Positions 27,159-36,346 of a stretch of 64,000 nucleotides of DNA are shown here, one piece after another. The notes below the pieces were generated by a model that searched no databases, had not been told where the DNA came from, and saw nothing but the letters and a program-made list of their open reading frames with translations. Origin of the DNA: an uncultured Gammaproteobacteria bacterium (GTDB taxonomy: Bacteria > Patescibacteriota > Microgenomatia > UBA8517 > UBA10165); contig CAYIUF010000001.1 in NCBI GenBank assembly GCA_964366515.1, positions 51,388-115,387 of the forward strand. The letters run 5' to 3'. The position numbers and the translations under genes are program-made. Each line of letters begins with the position of its first letter. Within the stretch, counting starts at the first letter, position 1.

Positions 27159-28196
27159 ATGGATATCGGCGATACGATAAAAAACCACTCAGGCGGAAAA
27201 AACCTTAAATATATAAACGACACGATCCCTGGCATTACCAGGCTAAGAACAAAAAACGGCTTCACATTCTACGACCCCAATGGAGTCAAAATCTCAAACG
27301 AGAATATCCTCCTAAGAGTTAAAAATCTGGGAATCCCCCCAGCATGGGAAGAAGTTTGGATTTGCCCATATACCCACGGACATATCCAAGCAACTGGCAT
27401 AGATTCCAAAAAAAGAAAACAATATATCTATCATGAAGTTTGGGAGGAGATGCAGAAGCAAAATAAGTTTGACAAGGTAACCTTTTTTGGAAGATCCTTG
27501 CCTAAGATAAGAAGGAGAATAAGACAAGACATAAACAGCCGCGGCTTGGGAAAAAACAAAGTAGTTGCAACTGTTGTTTGGCTATTGGAACACACATTTG
27601 TCAGAGTTGGGAATGACGAATACGCCAAAGACAACAACTCGTTTGGGCTAACCACACTAAGAAACAAACATGTAAAAGTAAAAGGATCGCAAGTAAGATT
27701 TGAATTTGCAGGCAAAAGCGGAGTCCATCATTTGGTAGATATTAGCCACCCAAAGATAAGAAGAGTGATAAAACGCTGTATTGAACTCCCGGGATACGAA
27801 TTATTTCAGTGTGTTGACGATGAAACAGGAAAACATGCAGTAGATTCCTCAGATGTAAACGGCTACCTTCAAGATACAACAGGGGAAGATATCAGCGCAA
27901 AAGATTTTAGGACTTGGGGAGGGACATTTTTATCAGCAGTCACATTAAACAAGATGGGCGATCAAGAAAGCAAAAACAGACTTAAGCAAAACATCTCAGA
28001 AACCATAAAAGAAGTAGCAAAACATTTAAGAAATACCCCCGCTATCTGCAAAAACTATTACATCCATCCGGAAGTTTTACGAAAGTACGAAGAGAAAGAA
28101 CTAATTGCACATTTTGCAAATTCGCAAGCTATAAAAAGAGATTTATCAAGAAACGAACTCGGATTAATCAGGCTTCTTGAAAAATATGCAGGCTGA
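27159..28196 (+). CDS. DNA topoisomerase IB (poxvirus/bacterial TopIB type)
   Basis: RFEFAGKSGVHH, AKDFRTWGGT, and C-terminal active-site region CKNYYIHPEV (catalytic Tyr). Resembles Deinococcus/vaccinia TopIB motifs. Confidence 0.75.
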   Translation: MDIGDTIKNHSGGKNLKYINDTIPGITRLRTKNGFTFYDPNGVKISNENILLRVKNLGIPPAWEEVWICPYTHGHIQATGIDSKKRKQYIYHEVWEEMQKQNKFDKVTFFGRSLPKIRRRIRQDINSRGLGKNKVVATVVWLLEHTFVRVGNDEYAKDNNSFGLTTLRNKHVKVKGSQVRFEFAGKSGVHHLVDISHPKIRRVIKRCIELPGYELFQCVDDETGKHAVDSSDVNGYLQDTTGEDISAKDFRTWGGTFLSAVTLNKMGDQESKNRLKQNISETIKEVAKHLRNTPAICKNYYIHPEVLRKYEEKELIAHFANSQAIKRDLSRNELGLIRLLEKYAG

Positions 28197-29883
28197 CTCC
28201 TTCTCAAGCAAAAAGGCAGCAGCCATTCTTTGCATTGTGGGGATTATAGTGTGGGCCAACATGCTTGGCAATTCATTTGTTTGGGACGACGAAGAGATGG
28301 TTGTAAACAATAGTGGAATATTTCATTTTGGAAATATTCCAAATCTTTTTTCTTCAGCAACTTTCAATTCAGGCGGGTCGGCATTAGGCGGTTGGTTCTA
28401 TCGACCCCTGGTGATGCTCACATTTTTGTTAATCCACACAGTGTTCGGCTTATGGACCCCTGCATACCACCTTATACAACTTTGCTTCCACCTAACAGCA
28501 AGTGCTCTGCTCTTTCTAGTGCTAAGCACAACATTTGGTAAAATTGACTCGAAACGCGACCGTCTTGTAGCCCTCGTTTTGTCGCTGATTTTTCTGGTTC
28601 ACCCAGCCCACACTGACTCAGTAGGCTACATATCATCAATCGGCGAGCCACTATATACACTATTTGTGTTAAGTGCTTTTTGGCTAATCCTCAAACGTCA
28701 ATTTACCCGAAAAACACTCATACTAATAGGTGTTTTATTTACTCTTGGATTACTAACAAAAGAGGGAGCAGTAATTTTACTTCCATTAGGTATTCTTTGG
28801 AGTTGGCCTTTTCAAAAAACGCGAGAATTATTCCGTGTCGCAGTTTCTCTAATCTCAGGACTAAGCGTCTATTTGTTTATCAGACTTTCATTTTTTGGAA
28901 TTCAATTAGAGCGCCCTGATTTTATTGCACCAATTTCTGACGCATCTCTCAGTGAGCGAACACTGACAGGTGTCGCAAACTTTTTCACTTTTCTCAAAGT
29001 ATTCGCTTCCCCAAAAACCCTAGCAATAGCAAACCATGAAGTAATAAAAAGTCCCACAGACTATCGCTTCATTGTGGGAGGTGTTTTGCTTATCTTATTT
29101 CTCGGCGCAGCACTTTTCTTGTTTCTAAAAAAACAAAAACTAGTACTCTTCTTTCTCGTGTGGTTTCTGCTTTCTTACATCCCTGTATCCAATATTCTGT
29201 TTCCACTAGACATGTCCTTTGCAGACCGTTGGTTATACTTCCCAATGATAGGATTGTTGGGATTAATTGGATGCATGGTGTTAAAACTTAAAAACCAGCA
29301 TCTGATTACCACATGTTACTTATTGCTTGTTGTTGTGGGGCTGCTCTCTATTCGCACTATTATTAGAAATCGCGATTGGAAAAATGGTCTAACGCTTTAT
29401 TCACATGACGGAAAAATTAACGACAATTTTGATTTAAACAATAACCTAGGAGTTGAGTTATTTAGAAACGGGGACATACAAAATTCAAAAACACATTTTG
29501 AAAAATCAATTACCCAAAAAGATGATTGGAACATCCCACACAACAATCTTGGCGCAATATACGAAAGAGAAGGAAATTTAGAAGGGGCAAAAAGGGAGTA
29601 CGAAAGATCAGTCGAACTTGGGGACTATTACCTTTCTTTTGAAAACCTTTCAAATCTTTACGTCAAAACAAAAGACCCAAAAGCTCTTGAGTTTATTAAA
29701 TTCGCCTTTGGAAAATTCCCCAATAGCCCAGGTATCAATCGCTCAGCCGCTATTGCTTATTACCTGATAGGCGACCAAACCCAGGCTCTCTATTACGCAA
29801 GGCGTCTAACAGCTCTCCAGCCAGCCCAAGAAAACATAAGGCTGTACAACATCATCTTCAACAAACAACAGCTAGATTTTTGA
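28177..29883 (+). CDS. TMTC-like polytopic membrane protein with C-terminal TPR repeats (GT-C/DUF1736-type, putative protein O-glycosyltransferase)
   Basis: N-terminal FVWDDEEMVVNN motif typical of TMTC/bacterial homologues. At least 10 TM helices. C-terminal TPR-like repeats. Confidence 0.55.
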   Translation: MKNMQADSFSSKKAAAILCIVGIIVWANMLGNSFVWDDEEMVVNNSGIFHFGNIPNLFSSATFNSGGSALGGWFYRPLVMLTFLLIHTVFGLWTPAYHLIQLCFHLTASALLFLVLSTTFGKIDSKRDRLVALVLSLIFLVHPAHTDSVGYISSIGEPLYTLFVLSAFWLILKRQFTRKTLILIGVLFTLGLLTKEGAVILLPLGILWSWPFQKTRELFRVAVSLISGLSVYLFIRLSFFGIQLERPDFIAPISDASLSERTLTGVANFFTFLKVFASPKTLAIANHEVIKSPTDYRFIVGGVLLILFLGAALFLFLKKQKLVLFFLVWFLLSYIPVSNILFPLDMSFADRWLYFPMIGLLGLIGCMVLKLKNQHLITTCYLLLVVVGLLSIRTIIRNRDWKNGLTLYSHDGKINDNFDLNNNLGVELFRNGDIQNSKTHFEKSITQKDDWNIPHNNLGAIYEREGNLEGAKREYERSVELGDYYLSFENLSNLYVKTKDPKALEFIKFAFGKFPNSPGINRSAAIAYYLIGDQTQALYYARRLTALQPAQENIRLYNIIFNKQQLDF

Positions 29884-29889
29884 GCCCAT

Positions 29890-31137
29890 TTGAAGTACCA
29901 TTTGAAAACAATGAGGTATTCTCAAGTTTTCCCAAAAACTCAAAAAGACGCCCCAAAAGACGCAGAGTCAATAAACCATCAACTATTGGTTAGGGGTGGT
30001 TTTGTTGACCAATTGATGAGCGGGTCATGGACTTTTCTTCCTTTGGGTCTTCGTGTACTTCAAAAAGTAGTCCAAATAATCAGAGAGGAAATGAATGCAA
30101 TTGGCGGACAGGAATTAGTAATGCCGCTCCTGCACCCCAAAGAAATATGGAACGAAACGGGACGTTGGGATACTGCAAAAGAAGTGATGTATCAGTTCAA
30201 AGATTCCCGAGACAAAGAATATGCGCTTTCTTTCACACATGAAGAAATTGTAATTGATTTATGCCGAAAACATGTCCAATCCTACAAAGACTTACCCCTA
30301 AAGATTTATCAGTTCTCGACCAAATTTAGAAATGAACCTCGTGCAAAATCAGGAGTATTAAGAGGACGAGAATTCTTGATGAAAGATTTATATAGCATTC
30401 ATACAACTGAAGAAGACATGTATGAGTACTACTGGCAAGTCAAAGACGCATACCTCAGAGCGTTCAAAAGAATGGGATTTGAAAATGTACGAGTTATAGA
30501 AGCATCTGGCGGAGTATTCACAGACAACCACACTCATGAATTCCAGGTTTTGTCAGAAACCGGAGAGGATACTATATATTATTGCGACGAATGTGATTGG
30601 GGAGAAAACAAAGAAATTTTTAATGAAACTGTGGGAGGCAAATGCCCCAAATGCGGCAATGGAGAAATCAAAGAAACAAAATCCATAGAGGTTGGAAACA
30701 TTTTCCCGTTAGGAACAAGATACTCTGAGAAAATGAACTTTACATTTACAGACGAAAACGGAGAAAAGAAAAATCCCCATTTCGCAAGCTACGGAATTGG
30801 GCCCTCAAGAGTTGTTGGAACAATTGTTGAAACAAACCATGATGATCGAGGAATAATTTGGCCCGAGAATGTGGCGCCATACGATGTGCACCTGGTAAAT
30901 ATTGGGGTAGATGCAGACAGCATTTATGCAAAACTCCGGCAAGCAGGGGTTGAGGTTATATATGACGACCGTGATTTGTCAGCTGGAGAAAAATTTGCAG
31001 ATGCAGATTTGATAGGCATACCGGTTCGCCTTGTCGTATCCGAAAAAACCGGGGATAAGATTGAGTGGAAGAACAGAACAGACAACCAAACAGAACTCCT
31101 TAGTGTTGACGAGATCTTAAGCAGACTGAAGAAGTAA
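29890..31137 (+). CDS. proS: prolyl-tRNA synthetase, bacterial-type core lacking INS editing domain (Cys4 zinc ribbon in its place)
   Basis: Aligns along its length to the bacterial ProRS catalytic and anticodon-binding domains, but is only 415 aa. CDECDW...CPKCGNG sits between motifs 2 and 3. Confidence 0.9.
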   Translation: MKYHLKTMRYSQVFPKTQKDAPKDAESINHQLLVRGGFVDQLMSGSWTFLPLGLRVLQKVVQIIREEMNAIGGQELVMPLLHPKEIWNETGRWDTAKEVMYQFKDSRDKEYALSFTHEEIVIDLCRKHVQSYKDLPLKIYQFSTKFRNEPRAKSGVLRGREFLMKDLYSIHTTEEDMYEYYWQVKDAYLRAFKRMGFENVRVIEASGGVFTDNHTHEFQVLSETGEDTIYYCDECDWGENKEIFNETVGGKCPKCGNGEIKETKSIEVGNIFPLGTRYSEKMNFTFTDENGEKKNPHFASYGIGPSRVVGTIVETNHDDRGIIWPENVAPYDVHLVNIGVDADSIYAKLRQAGVEVIYDDRDLSAGEKFADADLIGIPVRLVVSEKTGDKIEWKNRTDNQTELLSVDEILSRLKK

Positions 31138-31141
31138 TTTA

Positions 31142-32320
31142 ATGGACTTCTCATTCAAGGTTGTCAAAAAAGACAAAACCACAAATGCCCGCGCAGGAAT
31201 AATATCGACCCCACACGGAGAAATCCTAACCCCTGCATTTTCTCCAGTTGCAACACGCGCAACCGTCAAAGCGCTAAGTGTTGAGGATTTAAAAAGTGCA
31301 AATTCCCAAGTCGTTCTTGCAAATACATATCATCTATATCTCCGCCCCGGGATAAGAATCCTAAAAGATTTCGGTGGTTTTGCACCATTTATGAAATGGG
31401 ATGGGCCAACGATAACTGATTCAGGCGGCTACCAAGTTTCATTTCTTTGGACTCCAAAAGAAAAAGTAGAACAAGAAGATAATGGGCGAGTTGCAAAAAT
31501 TACTGACGAAGGTGCTTTGTTTGTTTCCCACATAGACGGCAAAAGACACTTATTAACTCCAGAAAACTCTATGGAAATTCAAGCCGTACTCGGTGCAGAT
31601 ATCATAATGGCCTTTGATCAGCCATTAGGATCCGATTACACAGAGAAGAAAAAGATGGAGGCGTTCAAGCACACAATGCTTTGGGAGCAAAGGTCGTTTG
31701 ATGTGTGGCTCGCACTTCAAAGGAAAAGGAGAAACAAACAAGCACTATATGGAATAGTGCAAGGGGATATAGACAAGAATCTTAGACGAGAGTCTTTGAA
31801 ATTTGTACTCAGCACTGGGTTCCCAGGGGTAGCGATGGGCGGCCAATCGATAGGCGCTGACCCCAAGGTAACTGCCGATACTCTCGATACCGTACAAGAC
31901 CTGTGGCCGGTAGACCTGCCAGTACACGCCCTAGGCCTTGGCGGTGGGCCCGAAGGAGTTTTTGAAGCAGTCGAACGAGGTGTTGATACTTTCGACAACA
32001 CTTCAATTACGCGGATGGCACGCTCTGGGCTTTTATTCATTTACCCCGAAGACGGAGGAAATGTCAAAAACAAATTCAGAATCGAAATTCAAAAGGCAAA
32101 ATTTAAAAGTCAAAAATCCCCGTTCAGCAAAATATGCAAATGCTATGCCTGTACAAACTACCCGGCAGCCTATCTCCACCACTTAACTGTATCTCAAGAA
32201 ATTCTAGGGCTAAGGCTCACAACAATACATAATGTACATTTTATAAACGACTTGATGTCGAAAATCAGGGACTCAATTGTGTCGGGCGACTTTTCAGACC
32301 TGAAAAAAGTGTGGCTCTAA
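31142..32320 (+). CDS. tgt: queuine/archaeosine-type tRNA-guanine transglycosylase
   Basis: N-terminal TGT fold motifs (LTPAFSPVAT, VLANTYHL) and zinc subdomain CKCYACTNY...H. Confidence 0.85.
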   Translation: MDFSFKVVKKDKTTNARAGIISTPHGEILTPAFSPVATRATVKALSVEDLKSANSQVVLANTYHLYLRPGIRILKDFGGFAPFMKWDGPTITDSGGYQVSFLWTPKEKVEQEDNGRVAKITDEGALFVSHIDGKRHLLTPENSMEIQAVLGADIIMAFDQPLGSDYTEKKKMEAFKHTMLWEQRSFDVWLALQRKRRNKQALYGIVQGDIDKNLRRESLKFVLSTGFPGVAMGGQSIGADPKVTADTLDTVQDLWPVDLPVHALGLGGGPEGVFEAVERGVDTFDNTSITRMARSGLLFIYPEDGGNVKNKFRIEIQKAKFKSQKSPFSKICKCYACTNYPAAYLHHLTVSQEILGLRLTTIHNVHFINDLMSKIRDSIVSGDFSDLKKVWL

Positions 32321-32341
32321 CATTTTTGGTACAATTAAGCT

Positions 32342-32782
32342 GTGTTAAACGACCTACTTGCCCGACAGCTGCCAGGTATTTCTATCCCCTCGTTGGGTTC
32401 TCTTGATCCGGGAGTTTTAAAAATCGTAATTATTGCTTCCCTAGTGTTTTTATTTTTAATGCTTCTTGCTTTTACCCGGCACCACATAATCTCCCATTCG
32501 ATGAAAGGATTATGGGCAGGCATATTTTTGGGTGTTGTTTTGGTTTTAGGTCTTGAAGGCGGCGCATACTATTTATATTCAAACTACATTCTTGGGAATA
32601 AGGCTGCCGACCTTCCGGCTAATTTTCAGTTAGTTCTACAAGATAGCACAAAAAACTTAACACCAGTCTTGGGGAAAGCTGTCGAGAGAAGACGACCGAC
32701 ACAAAAAGAAGTCTTAACTGATTTTGAGTCTTTGTCGGTTGCAGAATCTAAAAACCTAAAAAAAGCTATTTGCGAAGAATGA
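32342..32782 (+). CDS. hypothetical membrane protein
   Basis: Two or three TM helices. C-terminus KKAICEE resembles the C-terminus of the next ORF. Confidence 0.35.
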   Translation: MLNDLLARQLPGISIPSLGSLDPGVLKIVIIASLVFLFLMLLAFTRHHIISHSMKGLWAGIFLGVVLVLGLEGGAYYLYSNYILGNKAADLPANFQLVLQDSTKNLTPVLGKAVERRRPTQKEVLTDFESLSVAESKNLKKAICEE

Positions 32783-33129
32783 ATATACTAACTTTTTTAA
32801 AATCGGGGCTAATCTTTGTAGGAGGAGCATTTTGCGCAATGTTTATATTAAATCTCGCATACCAGTCTCATCAAACAAAAGTTTTAGGGACAAGCACTCA
32901 AAGCCTGCAAATCCACGAGCAAGTGCAAAACATAGTTGGCGAAAAAGAAAAAGAACAACTGAGCATTCTTTCAAGAATATTGGGGAACATCGGACAATCG
33001 ATTGCCCAAAGTCCAATTCTCGCGCCATTGTTTACAACGAGCCAAGAAGTAACAACTGCAGTTGATTCGGTAAAAAGTCTTCCAAATGACCAAAAAAGCG
33101 CAATCTGCACCCAAATTTGCGGGCAGTAA
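32770..33129 (+). CDS. hypothetical membrane protein (possible paralogue of preceding ORF)
   Basis: N-terminal TM helix. C-terminal KSAICTQICGQ. Confidence 0.35.
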   Translation: MRRMNILTFLKSGLIFVGGAFCAMFILNLAYQSHQTKVLGTSTQSLQIHEQVQNIVGEKEKEQLSILSRILGNIGQSIAQSPILAPLFTTSQEVTTAVDSVKSLPNDQKSAICTQICGQ

Positions 33130-33147
33130 ACCTCCAGAGCTCTCGTT

Positions 33148-34239
33148 TTGGTACAATTCCCTCATGTTATGGAAACTTTACGAGACGAGTTAAAAGAATT
33201 AAAAGAACGCCTTTCTGTGCTTTTGGCAAAGCTTGATCTGGATGAAAAAAGAAAACAATTGAGAGAACTTGAGGCAAAATCTATAAAACCTGATTTTTGG
33301 CGTACAGATGAAAATCCCAAAAAAGTCATGCAGGAAGCAGATTCTATAAAAAGCGAACTCTCTACCGTGGAATCTTTGCAAACCCAAATCGACGACAGCA
33401 CTTCTGTGGCAGGCGAAGAATTGCTTCATGATGAAGTAGAAGCCGCAGTCAGAGCGATAAAAAAAGGCATTGACCAGCTTGAGACAAAAACATACCTTTC
33501 TGGTCGGTTTGACCAAAACGATGCAATTCTTTCAATCCATGCTGGCCAAGGCGGAACAGAAGCAATGGATTGGTCAGAGATGCTAAAACGAATGTACCTA
33601 AGGTATGCAGAAAGGCAGGATTGGAAAACAAGCGTTATCGAAGAAACAAGAGGAGAAGAGGCGGGGATAAAATCCGCAACAATTCTGATAAACGGAAAGT
33701 ATGCGTATGGATACCTAAAAAACGAAGCAGGAACACACAGGTTGGTTCGCCAATCTCCTTTTAACGCAGACAAGCTTCGTCAAACCTCCTTTGCAAGAGT
33801 TGAAGTTTTGCCTCAAATTGACCAGGCACCTGAAGTTGAAGTCAGAGACGAAGATTTGGAATGGCAGTTTTATCGCTCTGGAGGGGCAGGGGGACAAAAC
33901 GTTAACAAAGTTTCAACTGCAGTTCGTTTAATTCATAACCCAACGGGTATTGTAGTTACGGCCCAAGAAGAGCGTTTCCAAGAAAAAAATCGCGAAATTG
34001 CACTAAATCTTTTGCGCTCCAAACTTTGGGCAAGGCAAGAGGCTGAGGCAGAAGCCCAAGTAAAACAGCTTAAAGGCGAATACAGACCAGCAGCTTGGGG
34101 AACTCAAATAAGATCGTATGTACTACACCCATACAAAATGGTAAAAGATCTTCGTACAAACGTAGAAACAGGAAACGCAGACGCGATCTTAGATGGAGAA
34201 CTAGATGAATTCATTGAAGCAGAGCTCCGCAACCTTTAA
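33148..34239 (+). CDS. prfB: peptide chain release factor 2
   Basis: SPF tripeptide (RQSPFNADK) and GGQ motif. Continuous ORF with no +1 frameshift site. Confidence 0.9.
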   Translation: MVQFPHVMETLRDELKELKERLSVLLAKLDLDEKRKQLRELEAKSIKPDFWRTDENPKKVMQEADSIKSELSTVESLQTQIDDSTSVAGEELLHDEVEAAVRAIKKGIDQLETKTYLSGRFDQNDAILSIHAGQGGTEAMDWSEMLKRMYLRYAERQDWKTSVIEETRGEEAGIKSATILINGKYAYGYLKNEAGTHRLVRQSPFNADKLRQTSFARVEVLPQIDQAPEVEVRDEDLEWQFYRSGGAGGQNVNKVSTAVRLIHNPTGIVVTAQEERFQEKNREIALNLLRSKLWARQEAEAEAQVKQLKGEYRPAAWGTQIRSYVLHPYKMVKDLRTNVETGNADAILDGELDEFIEAELRNL

Positions 34240-34300
34240 CTACTTTTCTCTACCCCTTCTACCTTTTCTACTTTTTTGTCTTGTGGTATAGTGTGTGAGC

Positions 34301-34750
34301 ATGGAAAAACCTACACCTGCCAACATCCCTCAAAACATCTCCGGCCAGACTAACGTCGTAAAAGACATAGTTCTCCCCTCATTAATAATCCTCGCAGTTA
34401 TCTTAGTTGGTGTGGCAACGGGCTGGAAATTAAGTGGTTCTAAGGGAATGTCAACCAAGGGCACAGAAGGTTCAATAACTGACGCGAAAAAAGGAGAGGA
34501 AGTAGGCTCAACAGATACCAAGACCTTTAAGGATGAGGCAGAGGGAACAATCGAAGACGGCGGAGTAAACGGAGAAGGAACACACAAGCTAATAAGAACT
34601 GGCGGCGCTTCCCAAACGGCCGCTCTAACTTCCTCAGTTATTGATCTTGATGAATTTGTCGGCCAAAAAGTCCATATATGGGGAGAGTCCTTTGGTTCAA
34701 CAAAAGCAGCATGGCTGATGGATGTTGGAAGAATCAAGGTCATTGAATAA
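34301..34750 (+). CDS. hypothetical membrane-anchored protein
   Basis: N-terminal TM helix, Gly/Glu/Thr-rich extracytoplasmic part. ATG 9 nt downstream of an extended -10 TGGTATAGT (34283-34291). Confidence 0.45.
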   Translation: MEKPTPANIPQNISGQTNVVKDIVLPSLIILAVILVGVATGWKLSGSKGMSTKGTEGSITDAKKGEEVGSTDTKTFKDEAEGTIEDGGVNGEGTHKLIRTGGASQTAALTSSVIDLDEFVGQKVHIWGESFGSTKAAWLMDVGRIKVIE

Positions 34751-34767
34751 AAAGTCCCATTGCCCAA

Positions 34768-35451
34768 ATGATTAAGTTTGACTCAGCCACAAAAAAATAT
34801 GGTTCGACCTTAGCACTCGACGATGTAAGTTTTGAAATAGGTGAGGGGGAATTCGTTTTTATAACCGGACACTCAGGAGCCGGTAAAACGACCCTAATAA
34901 GGCTTTTACTTCGCGAAGTTTCCCCAACTTCCGGAAAAGTTCTAATTGAAGGCCGAGATATAAAAAGCCTCAAAAGTTCAGACATCCCCCAATATAGGAG
35001 AAAATTAGGCGTAATCTTCCAAGACTTTAAGCTTTTGCATGACAGAACTGTTTATGAGAATGTGAAAATTGCAACAGAGATTGATGGAAGAACGACTCAA
35101 GAGGAGGAAAAAAAAGTCAAAAAGGCATTAGACGAGGTCGGGATGATAAGCAAAAGCAATCTTTTTCCACGCCAGCTTTCAGGAGGCGAGGTGCAAAGGA
35201 CTGTTATCGCAAGAGTATTAGTCCAAGAGCCGAAAATAATTCTAGCAGACGAACCAACCGGGAATCTTGATCCCCAGACGGCAAGACAAATTGTTGACCT
35301 TTTGGACAATGCCGCAAAGGAGGGGGTTACGGTTCTTATGGCAACACATAATGCAGATATTGTTGATGCCCTAAAACACAGGGTAATACACCTCAAGGAG
35401 GGCAAGGTAGAAAGCGACAAGGCAAAAGGAAAGTACGAAAAAAATGATTAA
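34768..35451 (+). CDS. ftsE: cell division ATP-binding protein FtsE
   Basis: ABC ATPase Walker A GHSGAGKTT, signature LSGGEVQR, Walker B ILADEPTGNLD. Followed by ftsX. Confidence 0.9.
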   Translation: MIKFDSATKKYGSTLALDDVSFEIGEGEFVFITGHSGAGKTTLIRLLLREVSPTSGKVLIEGRDIKSLKSSDIPQYRRKLGVIFQDFKLLHDRTVYENVKIATEIDGRTTQEEEKKVKKALDEVGMISKSNLFPRQLSGGEVQRTVIARVLVQEPKIILADEPTGNLDPQTARQIVDLLDNAAKEGVTVLMATHNADIVDALKHRVIHLKEGKVESDKAKGKYEKND

Positions 35452-36346
35452 CACAGCAATAAAACATATAAGACGCGCACCATACCAAGCACTAACAGCA
35501 ATCTTGATAATGACAATCACATTTTTTGTTGCAACGTTGATGATTGTTATTGCATACGCTTCTTCAACGACACTGAAATATTACGAAACCAAGCCCCAAC
35601 TCATTGCATATTTTAAAAGAGATTTTAAGGCCGAAGATGTCGCTTTAGTTAAGTCCAAACTTGAGGCAGACTCTCGGGTCGAAAACGTTAGGTTTGTCTC
35701 GCAAGATGAGGCCCTTGAGATATACAAACAATTAGAGGTAAACAACCCCCAGGTCACAGAGTTTGTCAGCTCAAAAATTCTCCCCCCAAGCTATGAATTT
35801 TCGGCCAAAGACTTAAATTTTACACAAGATTTGATAAATGAGATCGAAGAATTGCCTTCGATTGAGGAAGTGCGATTTACTGCAAGTCTTGGGGGAAAAG
35901 AGAACCTAAAAGAAGTAGTTTCCCGCCTAACCAGTATTTCAAAAAACATAAGAGTAGGAGGAGCAGTTACCTTAACCATCCTTTTGCTGTCATCTCTTCT
36001 TGTACTTTTAGTAATTATCGGTATGCGAATTTCAACAAGACGTGATGAAATAGAAATTCTCCAACTAATCGGAGCAACCCCAGGCTTTATAAGGGGGCCA
36101 TTTATTCTAGAAGGGGTATTTTACGCGGTAGTCGGCGCTTTGCTGGGATGGCTCCTGGCTCTGCTTACTACAGTTTATCTCTCTCCATCGCTAGTTCGCT
36201 TCTTTCAGACAGTTCCATTTCTTCCAAGAGACATCCTAGCCCTTCTTTCATTATTTGGAATAATCTTGGCAGGAGAGGTGCTTTTGGCAATAATACTTGG
36301 AACCGCAGGAAGCTTCGTCGCAATAAAACGATACCTCAAAATTTGA
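35444..36346 (+). CDS. ftsX: cell division permease FtsX
   Basis: N-terminal TM, periplasmic domain, and three C-terminal TM helices. Adjacent to ftsE. Confidence 0.9.
   Translation: MINTAIKHIRRAPYQALTAILIMTITFFVATLMIVIAYASSTTLKYYETKPQLIAYFKRDFKAEDVALVKSKLEADSRVENVRFVSQDEALEIYKQLEVNNPQVTEFVSSKILPPSYEFSAKDLNFTQDLINEIEELPSIEEVRFTASLGGKENLKEVVSRLTSISKNIRVGGAVTLTILLLSSLLVLLVIIGMRISTRRDEIEILQLIGATPGFIRGPFILEGVFYAVVGALLGWLLALLTTVYLSPSLVRFFQTVPFLPRDILALLSLFGIILAGEVLLAIILGTAGSFVAIKRYLKI

Noticed and set aside
33148-33260. Programmed +1 frameshift site in prfB
   Set aside because: The ORF is continuous from an ATG through the GGQ and SPF motifs. No CUU UGA-type shifty site or in-frame stop exists.
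36148-36342. Tool ORF 36148-37497 (449 aa), giving the M23/EnvC-like protein a 65-aa N-terminal extension
   Set aside because: The extension lies entirely inside ftsX in another frame and has no domain character. A TTG start at 36343 overlapping the ftsX stop gives a proper signal/TM N-terminus.
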